From Promethearchaeota archaeon (lineage in GTDB: Archaea; Asgardarchaeota; Lokiarchaeia; Sigyniarchaeales; SOKP01), in NCBI GenBank assembly GCA_016840085.1, contig JAEOTA010000081.1, positions 192,001-256,000 on the forward strand: a DNA stretch of 64,000 nt, read 5' to 3'. Positions 31,149 through 39,626 of this stretch are shown piece after piece. Every line of letters starts with the position of its first letter. Position 1 is the first letter of the stretch. The translations under genes and the position numbers were made by a program. The notes under the pieces were generated by a model. That model saw nothing but the letters and a program-made list of their open reading frames with translations. It did no database searches and was not told the DNA's origin.

Positions 31149-31568
31149 TTAAACCTTGGGTTTTGTTTCTTGCCCCTTATTGGATTCAGTAGGTCTTTTC
31201 AATCTTACAGAATAAATTTGCTTAATTTCCATTAAGTCATCACACTTATTACATTTGTCTCTCTTCTTAAAAACAAAATCACCTTTTGCATAGTTCCTAA
31301 CTTTAGTAATGCCGCATAAATTACAGATTAAAATAGTTAATGTTTGTCTGATAGGTTCTGGCGGACTTTTTTGTACTTGTATTAACGTAGCACCAAAGCA
31401 TATTAATATAAAACCAATAGACCAGCTTGAGATTTGATCAGGACCAATATTGAGGTAAATAAAAAGAGCTCCTAAAATAATTAAAAATATAAACAGAATA
31501 TTTTTTAAAACACTTTTAAATGTGATTCCTTTTTTTAAAATTTCCTCATCGTCTTCTTCTTCAATCAT
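31149..31568 (-). CDS. Small membrane protein with C-terminal zinc ribbon
   Basis: Two TM helices, CNLC...RNYAKGDFVFK...CNKC. Divergent from DUF1512. Confidence 0.75.
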   Translation of the reverse strand: MIEEEDDEEILKKGITFKSVLKNILFIFLIILGALFIYLNIGPDQISSWSIGFILICFGATLIQVQKSPPEPIRQTLTILICNLCGITKVRNYAKGDFVFKKRDKCNKCDDLMEIKQIYSVRLKRPTESNKGQETKPKV

Positions 31569-31688
31569 AGAAAATGTTGCAATATCTTGTTATCTATTCA
31601 CTATAATAGAAAAGAATAAATAAATTTTTTTATTATAAAACTATAATAGATAAAAGTTTTCAATTTTAAGTTAAAGTTTTGGGTAAAA

Positions 31689-32831
31689 ATGTTTAATATA
31701 TTTCAATTTGGCAGTGAAGGAACTGATCCGATAAGTTTAATTATCCAACTATTATGGTTTGTTCTTATATTTATAAGTATTTTTTATGGACAGAAGATTC
31801 AAGGTTGGAAAGCATCTAAAGAAATACAAATAGGATTAGAAAAATTAAAAAAATGGAATGACGAGTGTAAAGAAATTTTAATGAATAATTTTAAAGAATT
31901 TGCTGATCAAAAGAAGACTCAAAAAGATTTAATGCTGCAACTTGAAGATTTTATTACTTTTGTTACTATAGCTCCTGTATCACTTGATCCCTATGGTATT
32001 GTACCAAAATTTGACCACGTTGTCGATGTTAGAGATGATCGATTTAGAGAGGAAGTCGCGATTTTAGCACCTAAAGCCGACAGTGTGCAAAGGTACAATT
32101 TGGAGAACTTATTAGAAGCAACAATGGCAATCGATTTTATTTATAGATTAATTAGACATTATTTAATACTCGGTAAGAAAACAAAATCAATGATTTTACT
32201 TATGCAAATATCAATGCAATTAGGTCTAATACTAAGTATGGCTAAAGCTTATTACCATGCAGCTAAAGCTTTCGCAGAGGGGAGCCCTATTGGAGATGGT
32301 CTTGGGCCATTAGTCACAGCTAGCTTTATAAGAGATGTTTCGAATGGAGAAATTGAAGCTAATGAAATTGTTAAAGACACAATAGTTCAAGAAGTTAATT
32401 TTGAAGATAGAACTATATATGTTGTTCGGGCAAAAGGTCCTGGGGGAAGTGTTGGAAAACCGGGGAAAGTTATAAAAAAACTTATTGAGGAACATGGTGA
32501 TGATGTTTCTCGAATAATTATGATAGATGCGGGATTAAAACTTACAGGAGATAAAACAGGTTCAATTGCGGTAGGCGTTGGGGCAGCTATAGGGGGTTTA
32601 GGTATCGAAAAACATTACATTGAAGAATCTTCAACAGGAAAATCAATTCCAATTGATGCACTTATCTGTAAACAATCGCTAGAAGATGCTATAACCACTA
32701 TGAAAAGACCAATAACTCAAAGTGTACCAAATTTTGTAGAGAAAATTAAGATGGCAATTCGAAAGCGAACTGAAAAAGGAACAAAAATCATACTGGCAGG
32801 CATTGGAAATACTATCGGAATAGGTGTTTAA
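31689..32831 (+). CDS. DUF1512 family protein
   Basis: PIGDGLGPLV, KGPGGSVGKPG, IIMIDAGLKL, GVGAAIGG, GIGNTIGIG. Confidence 0.85.
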   Translation: MFNIFQFGSEGTDPISLIIQLLWFVLIFISIFYGQKIQGWKASKEIQIGLEKLKKWNDECKEILMNNFKEFADQKKTQKDLMLQLEDFITFVTIAPVSLDPYGIVPKFDHVVDVRDDRFREEVAILAPKADSVQRYNLENLLEATMAIDFIYRLIRHYLILGKKTKSMILLMQISMQLGLILSMAKAYYHAAKAFAEGSPIGDGLGPLVTASFIRDVSNGEIEANEIVKDTIVQEVNFEDRTIYVVRAKGPGGSVGKPGKVIKKLIEEHGDDVSRIIMIDAGLKLTGDKTGSIAVGVGAAIGGLGIEKHYIEESSTGKSIPIDALICKQSLEDAITTMKRPITQSVPNFVEKIKMAIRKRTEKGTKIILAGIGNTIGIGV

Positions 32832-32943
32832 CTAGTATTTTTTTTTAAGTTTTCTAAGTAACAAACACTAATTTTAGATTTTTTTCATTTTAGTCTTATA
32901 TTCCTTAAAAATAAAAAAAGAAATTGTTTTATAATTAAGGGAA

Positions 32944-34291
32944 GGTTATTTTTAATTTCCCTTTATGAAATTAAAATTGTATTCTATTTCTTATTACAGC
33001 TATGTAATCGCAATAGAATATGGGTGTAACCCTACACCCTCTATTCCATCTGCCGATATGGCTTTTGGGACTGCTTTTTTAAGGATATTGTATGCGCCAT
33101 TCACATCCGCATTGATCATGATCCCTTCATGACTTTTATATAAACTTCTACAAATACGTTTTCCCTTATAAGTTTCATGCTTGTTAATTGATTCATTATC
33201 TAAGAAACTGCATCTCGAAGTATAATGTTCTGGCATTAGAAAAATATCAATTCCGATTAACTCTGATTTATATTTAATTTGGGACACTAATTTAGAAAAA
33301 GGAATTTGGACAAAGTTCTGGTTATTACGCTTTCCAATTTGTATTTTATGTTTCCAGGTTTTATTATAACCAATAATTATCTTTCCAAAATCATGATCAA
33401 TACAGTAAGTAATCACTGCTCTCGAAATTTTATGAAACATATCATTTATTTTATTGTTTCTTTTCCGAGTTAACCATTGCATTCTTTTTGTTTCAAAACT
33501 AATACCTTGCTTATCTTTTATACTTTTATACTTGGCAAGTTGTTTGTTGTAGAATTGATTAATTGATTTAATACTACCACCTTTAATAATAGCGGGTTTT
33601 AACCCAGCATTATTTACTATAGTTATGATATTGTTCACGCCTAAATTAATTCCAATAACTCTATCTTTATCCAAATTTAAATTTTTTTCTTCTATTTGAT
33701 AAACAATTTCTAAGATATAATAAAATCCTTTCGGAATGATTCTGACGTAGAATGATTTACTTTTTATAGGAGTTTTAATGGGATGCAATTGAGTTTTTTT
33801 TAGGAAAATAAAGAAAACCTACCTTGATCCTGCATTGTTGATTTGTGAATATAATCATATACTCTCCCTGTTTTTTTTATAATGTGGAGGTTTTGGAGTT
33901 CCTAAATACTTTTCTGGATGCTTTTTGTAGGTTTTAAGAGCTTGGAAAAATGATTTCCAATTTTTATCCACGAGTTTTAAAGTTTGCTGAGCAGTTTGTG
34001 AAGGGAGTTTTTTATATGGTTCTTTCTCTTTTAGCATATACCATAAATCGTAATATCTCAACCAATTTCCTAAATAAAAATATTCTTGTCTCATATAATA
34101 ATTGGCAAGATTATAGAGATTTTTAGATAAATGACATAGATAAGATAGTTGATTTGTTTTGTTTAATTGAATCTGCTCTGTCAGTCTCATTGCCATAATA
34201 TTAAACGTTAGTATCAGCTTTAAAAAAAAAGAGACTAATGATTTATAATTGATACAAGAATAATAAAAATAAAGGGAAATTAAAAATATTA
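32944..34291 (-). mobile_element. TnpB-only element bounded by 20-bp perfect inverted repeats and 8-bp direct repeats
   Basis: IR TATTTTTAATTTCCCTTTAT (32947-32966) / ATAAAGGGAAATTAAAAATA (34269-34288). TAAGGGAA at 32936-32943 and 34292-34299, each 3 nt outside the IR. No tnpA present. Confidence 0.6.
33000..34196 (-). pseudogene. tnpB: TnpB (IS200/IS605-related, rearranged RuvC-II type), split by two compensating frameshifts and carrying RuvC-I D->N
   Basis: SKNLYNLANY, LPSQTAQQ, GINLGVNN (normally DLG), IIIGYN, NNQNFVQIPF, EHYTS, NADVNGAYNI, DGIEGVGLHP. A8 runs at 33871-33878 and 33794-33801. Confidence 0.9.
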
Positions 34292-34377
34292 TAAGGGAAT
34301 AAGATTAATTAATTATTAAAATTAATTATTAGAAAAAAGAATAATTTAAACAAATTTAAAATTGAGGTGTAATAAAA

Positions 34378-36249
34378 ATTTACGGTTATATGGGAAAGAT
34401 TTTACGAGTGAATTTAACAAATGGAAAGATTAGCGAAGAATTTCCCGATGAGGTAACATTGAAATTATATTTGGGTGGATCAGGATTAGCTACTAAATAT
34501 TTAATTGATGAAGTCCCAAAAGGAATTGACCCACTCGGCCCTGAAAATAAGCTAATTTTTATGACAGGGCCATTAACAGGAACTCCTTCTCCTAGTACGG
34601 GAAGATATAGTGTTGTTGCGAAGTCTCCTCTTACAATGGTATGGGGTGAAGCAAATTCTGCTGGTTTCTGGGGGCGTGATCTTAAGAGATCAGGTTTTGA
34701 TGGCATAATTTTTGAAGGAATTTCCCCTAAACCAGTCTATCTTGTTACTGAAGATGGAAAGGCGGAACTTAGAGATGCTTCACATCTTTGGGGCAAAAAT
34801 ACTTCTGAAACTACAAGGATCATCAGAGAAGAACTAGGTGATAAATTTAATGTATCATGTATAGGTATAGGTGGAGAAAATCTAGTTAAATATGCAGCAA
34901 TAATGAATGATTGCGATAAACCTAATTATGGGCGAGCCGCAGGAAGATGTGGAATGGGCACAGTAATGGGTTCTAAAAGAGTTAAAGCAATAGCATCAAA
35001 AGGCGATGCTAAGATTGAAGTGGCAAATCCCGATGAATATAAAGCAGAAGCTAAACAAAGATATGATTGGGTAAATCAAAGTTTATTGAAAATGACTCTT
35101 GAAGTCTTCGGAACTGCTACTATGGTTGATTTAGTGAATATAAAGGGTGGCTTACCTACAAATAACTGGCAAACTGGGGTTTTTCCAGCAGCTGATAAAA
35201 TTAATGGGTCAGCAATTAATGAAACAATCCTTACAGGACGCAAACCATGTTTTGCTTGCCCAATAGCTTGCGGTCGACTTTCTGAAATTAAAGAAGGTAA
35301 ATATAAAAGTGCGGGAGAGGGTCCAGAATATGAATCACTCGGAGCTTTAGGGACGATGTGTGGTGTAGATAATCTAGAAGCAATTACTTTGGCGCATTTC
35401 CTTTGTAATGAATATGGTCTTGATGTTATCTCTGCAGGAAATACTATTGGTTTTGCAATAGAATGTTTTGAAAAAGGTATTTTAACTAAAGAAGATACTG
35501 GAGGTCTTGAATTTAATTTTGGGAATGCTGATCTTGTTGTAGATCTTATTGCTTTAATTAGTAAAAGAGAAGGAATTGGTGATTTACTTGCTGAAGGAAC
35601 AAGAAATATGGCAAAAAAGTTAGGAAAAGGATCTGAAAAATTTGCTATGCATGTTAAAGGGTTAGAACTTCCTGCTTATGATAGTAGAGCTGCTAAAATC
35701 ACAGGATTAGCATATGCTACAGCAAATCGAGGAGGTTGTCATATTACGGGATACATAGAAGGTCCCGCTTTTTTATCAATGCCCTTTATGATTGTAGAAA
35801 ATGCTATGGTAGGAGATGTTCTTTCAGAAAATCCAGAAGACACTAAGGTTGTTAAGGAATTTGAAGATGCTTTTGGAATATTTGATGCTATTGGGGGCTG
35901 CAAATTTATGGGAATGGTGTTAACTTCAGAAGATTGGGCATCACTTATTCAAAATCTTTTAGGGTATGCTTTTACCGCAGAAGATTTTGCAAAAACAGGA
36001 GAAAGGCTATACAATCTTGCTAGAGTTTATAATGTGCGAGAAGGGATAACTAGAGCTGATGATACCTTACCTCCACGCTTGTTAGAAGAACCAATGCCTG
36101 AAGGTCCTGCTAAAGGAGAGAAAGTTAATCTAGATCCACTTTTAAATGCATATTATGAATATCGTGGATGGGATAAAGATACTGGCATACCAACTAAAGA
36201 AAAACTCAAAGAACTCGGATTAGAGTGGGCTATTAAAGAAATTTATTAG
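34378..36249 (+). CDS. aor: Tungsten aldehyde:ferredoxin oxidoreductase (first ATG 34390; probable ATT start 34378)
   Basis: (I)YGYMGKILRVNL, KSPLT, GRAAGRCGMG.VMGSK, CFACPIAC, GPEYE, HVKGLELPAYD.R, DDTLPPR. Confidence 0.95.
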   Translation: MYGYMGKILRVNLTNGKISEEFPDEVTLKLYLGGSGLATKYLIDEVPKGIDPLGPENKLIFMTGPLTGTPSPSTGRYSVVAKSPLTMVWGEANSAGFWGRDLKRSGFDGIIFEGISPKPVYLVTEDGKAELRDASHLWGKNTSETTRIIREELGDKFNVSCIGIGGENLVKYAAIMNDCDKPNYGRAAGRCGMGTVMGSKRVKAIASKGDAKIEVANPDEYKAEAKQRYDWVNQSLLKMTLEVFGTATMVDLVNIKGGLPTNNWQTGVFPAADKINGSAINETILTGRKPCFACPIACGRLSEIKEGKYKSAGEGPEYESLGALGTMCGVDNLEAITLAHFLCNEYGLDVISAGNTIGFAIECFEKGILTKEDTGGLEFNFGNADLVVDLIALISKREGIGDLLAEGTRNMAKKLGKGSEKFAMHVKGLELPAYDSRAAKITGLAYATANRGGCHITGYIEGPAFLSMPFMIVENAMVGDVLSENPEDTKVVKEFEDAFGIFDAIGGCKFMGMVLTSEDWASLIQNLLGYAFTAEDFAKTGERLYNLARVYNVREGITRADDTLPPRLLEEPMPEGPAKGEKVNLDPLLNAYYEYRGWDKDTGIPTKEKLKELGLEWAIKEIY

Positions 36250-36290
36250 AAATATTGTATAATTTTAAATTAAAAGAGTGCGAAAAAATC

Positions 36291-37994
36291 ATGGCTGAAG
36301 AAGAAAAATTAACTTATGCTGATAAACCATGGAAAAAGAGTTATAAACTTGGACCTTTTAAGCTATTAGAAACTATGGCACCCTATCCTGAAATGTCAGT
36401 TTATAAATTTCTTGAGGATTCAGCTACCAACTTTCCTGAAAGTAAAGCAATTCATTTTATGGATAAAGTGATGACCTATGAGGAATTAAAATTACAAGTA
36501 GATAAATTTGCCACCGCATTATCAGATTTAGGGATAAAAAAAGGCGATAAAGTCGCAACAATACTCCCAAATAGCCCCCAGTTCATAATAAGTGATTTTG
36601 CAATTTTACGACTAGGTGCAATTCATGTTCCTCTTAGCATACTGCATAAAGCTCCAGATTTATTATATGAATTAGGTGAATCTAAAGCTGAAACTATAAT
36701 CTGTTCGTATAGACGCCTTGAAAGAGTTAATGAAATAAAAGATAAGACTAATATAAAGACAATAATTTATACATCAGTTCCAATTTTCCCTGATTATTCA
36801 TTACCAGAAATAAAAGAGACATACGGAGCTATTCAATTTGAAGATTTAATGAACAAATATGAACCAAATCCCCCTGAAGTTGAGATAAATCCTAAAGAAG
36901 ATCTTGCAGAATTACCTTTCACTGGAGGTACTACTGGTGTCCCAAAGGGTACTATGTTAACTCATTATAATATTACTACGACTATTATCCAGACCTTTCA
37001 TTGGTATTTGAAACCATTAGAGGTGGGGACAAGAGGAAAAGCTTCTGCAGTAATATGTGTCCCTATGTTTCATCAATATGGTCATATGATTGCATTTGCT
37101 TCCGTTTCAATGGGTTTTGGGATATATTTAGTCGATCCAAGAGATCTTGATAAAATTGTTGATATCATAAAAAAACATCGACCTTTTATGGTTTGTGCTG
37201 TCCCCACTCACTACATGCTACTTATGGAGAAAGACTTACCAAAAATGCCCGTTTTTTATTATTCTGCTGCTGCTGCTCTTCCTCCTGAAGTCGCTGAAAA
37301 ATTTGAAAAAAAAACCGGAGTACCTTTGGGGGAAGGATATGGTATGACGGAGTCTGCTGTTACACATATAAATCTCTCAGGTCTTTCAAAAGTTACAGGA
37401 TTTATGTCAGAAGTAAAAAGAAGTGTTGGTATTCCTGTTCCTGATACCGATGTTAAACTTGTTAATCCCGATACAGGTGAAGAAGTTCCATTTGGTGAGC
37501 CTGGAGAAATAATTGTAAGGGGTCCACAACTTATGAAAGGATATTGGCCCACTCCTGGTAAAGGACTAACTGAAGATGGATGGATAGCAACAGGTGATAT
37601 TGGAAAAATGGATGAGGATGGTTACTTTTATATAGTAGACCGAATTAAGGATATGATAAATGTTTCAGGTATGAAAGTCTACTCAAGAGTATTTGAAGAT
37701 CTTTTATATGAACATCCAGCAGTAAATGAAGCAGCGATTATAGGAATCCCAGATCCAGAACGACCTGGAAGTGAAAGAGTAAAAGCTTTTATACAATTAA
37801 ACCCGGGATATGCCAATAAAGTTACTGTTAATGAGTTAATCGAATATTGTAGAGAAAAATTTCCGCCATACGCAGTGCCGAAATCTATTGAGTTTAGGAA
37901 AACTCTACCATTAACATTAGCAATGAAAATTTTTAAGAGAAAACTCAGGGACGAAGAAATCGCTAAAATGAAAGAAAAGGGAGAAATTAAATAA
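36291..37994 (+). CDS. Long-chain-fatty-acid--CoA ligase (AMP-binding)
   Basis: FTGGTTGVPKG, EGYGMTE, GPQLMKGY, TGDIG.MDEDGYFYIVDRIKD. ATG at 36291 is more likely than the TTG at 36255. Confidence 0.92.
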   Translation: MAEEEKLTYADKPWKKSYKLGPFKLLETMAPYPEMSVYKFLEDSATNFPESKAIHFMDKVMTYEELKLQVDKFATALSDLGIKKGDKVATILPNSPQFIISDFAILRLGAIHVPLSILHKAPDLLYELGESKAETIICSYRRLERVNEIKDKTNIKTIIYTSVPIFPDYSLPEIKETYGAIQFEDLMNKYEPNPPEVEINPKEDLAELPFTGGTTGVPKGTMLTHYNITTTIIQTFHWYLKPLEVGTRGKASAVICVPMFHQYGHMIAFASVSMGFGIYLVDPRDLDKIVDIIKKHRPFMVCAVPTHYMLLMEKDLPKMPVFYYSAAAALPPEVAEKFEKKTGVPLGEGYGMTESAVTHINLSGLSKVTGFMSEVKRSVGIPVPDTDVKLVNPDTGEEVPFGEPGEIIVRGPQLMKGYWPTPGKGLTEDGWIATGDIGKMDEDGYFYIVDRIKDMINVSGMKVYSRVFEDLLYEHPAVNEAAIIGIPDPERPGSERVKAFIQLNPGYANKVTVNELIEYCREKFPPYAVPKSIEFRKTLPLTLAMKIFKRKLRDEEIAKMKEKGEIK

Positions 37995-38160
37995 GGAATA
38001 ATAAAGTAATCTACATTAACAATATAAATATATATTTTAGTATATCTGCATTTTTTTTATTAAAAACTAGAATATTTATTAAACTCTTTATTAATTAAAA
38101 TATACAAATAAATAACCTAACTTAAAAATTAGTTTAAAATTTTAAATCTAAGTGATAATT

Positions 38161-38583
38161 ATGAAATTTGGATCAGATGAATGGGCTAAAGCGTTTTGCA
38201 AAGCGGTAAATGAAAATCAGAACTATAGAGATGCAGCTGGACCAGAAGGATTCCCCCCTGATGGATGGGAAGGTGATTTTCTATTTGCTGTGGAGCCTTC
38301 GGGGAATTTAGATCATGAAATTAAGATGTTTGTGGGACTTTATCATGGAGAATGCACAGGTGCTAGGGTAGTAGAAGAAGGAGAAGAAGTAGAGACTGAA
38401 TATGTATATTCAGGGCCCTATGATGCTTGGGTTCAAGTTTTAAAGAAAGAATTAGATCCCATCAGGGGACTACTCGCTGGAAAGTTTAAGTTAAAAGGAG
38501 ACATGGCTAAAATTTTGAAAGCTACACGAGCAGCTCAAGAATTAGTTGTTTCTACTACTATGATTGATACAGAATTTTATTAA
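38161..38583 (+). CDS. SCP2 sterol/lipid-binding domain protein
   Basis: FGSDEWA..F...VN, W..VLKKELDPIRGLLAGKFKLKGDM. Confidence 0.88.
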   Translation: MKFGSDEWAKAFCKAVNENQNYRDAAGPEGFPPDGWEGDFLFAVEPSGNLDHEIKMFVGLYHGECTGARVVEEGEEVETEYVYSGPYDAWVQVLKKELDPIRGLLAGKFKLKGDMAKILKATRAAQELVVSTTMIDTEFY

Positions 38584-38650
38584 TCATAACGAAGATTTAT
38601 TTAATCTTTTTTATTTTTTATTTTATCTTAAATTGGTTTTGAATTATAGG

Positions 38651-39460
38651 ATGTCTTCTCTCAGTAAGAACTTATCTGAACTCACAACTAAGCAAATCTA
38701 TTTTTTTGATTTAGATGGAACCATATATTTAGGAGATAAATTATTTGAGGGAGTTATAGACTTAATTGAATTATTAAGAGCAAAAGGAAAGAATTTTTAT
38801 TTTCTTTCAAATAATTCAAGTATTTCAACAAATGATTATCTTAAGAAGTTGAACAACTTTAATCTTAACATAACTCGAGAAAATCTTATATTATCTCAAC
38901 ATCCTACTATTGATTATCTAAAGAAGAATAAAATCAAAAAAATTTTCTTACTAGGTACTCAATCATTAAAACAAGAATTCACGCAAGAGGATTTTGAATT
39001 AACAGAAGAAGATCCAGAGATTCTTGTATTAGCTTTCGATAAGGAATTAACTTACGATCGATTGGTTAAAGCTACTCAATTTCTCTTAAAAGATAATTTA
39101 GCATACATTGCTACTCATTTAGATAATAAATGTCCTACTGAAAATAGTTACATCCCAGACGCAGGAGGGATTGCTGCTCTATTATATAAGGCTACGGATA
39201 GAATGCCCAGAGTTTTTGGGAAGCCTAATAAAGATATGCTTTTATTTAAATTAGAACAATTAGGGATAGTACCTAAAGATTCTGTAATGGTTGGCGATAG
39301 ATTATATACTGATATTAAAATGGGGAAAGAAGCAGGAGTAACAACTTGTTGTGTATTATCTGGAGAAATAACATTAGAAATGATAAAAAATAGTGAATAT
39401 AAACCTGATTTCATAATAAATGGAATTTGGGAATTATTAGAAGAATTTAATAAAATTTAA
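38651..39460 (+). CDS. HAD-IIA family hydrolase (NagD-like)
   Basis: FDLDGT, LSNNS, FGKP, MVGDRLYTDI. ATG 38651 avoids overlap with the SCP2 gene. Confidence 0.9.
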   Translation: MSSLSKNLSELTTKQIYFFDLDGTIYLGDKLFEGVIDLIELLRAKGKNFYFLSNNSSISTNDYLKKLNNFNLNITRENLILSQHPTIDYLKKNKIKKIFLLGTQSLKQEFTQEDFELTEEDPEILVLAFDKELTYDRLVKATQFLLKDNLAYIATHLDNKCPTENSYIPDAGGIAALLYKATDRMPRVFGKPNKDMLLFKLEQLGIVPKDSVMVGDRLYTDIKMGKEAGVTTCCVLSGEITLEMIKNSEYKPDFIINGIWELLEEFNKI

Positions 39461-39626
39461 CATAATAATCTTATGATGAGTTTTTTTTTTTAGAAAATTT
39501 TTTTTCCTTATTGAAATTACTATATTCAGAAATAATATCTAAAGTATATGCATAAAATATAAAAATTTAATGAATTGTCTTTAATTTAATAATTCTTGAT
39601 CATAATAGAAATTTTGGGAAAAAAAA

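Noticed and set aside
34386-34706. Antisense ORF within aor, and other short ORFs nested in long genes
   Set aside because: They lie within well-supported genes and show no recognisable motifs.
38564-38650. ORF-track N-terminal extensions (also 36255-36290 and 43486-43581)
   Set aside because: They overlap upstream genes or lack homology. Downstream ATGs with better context are preferred.
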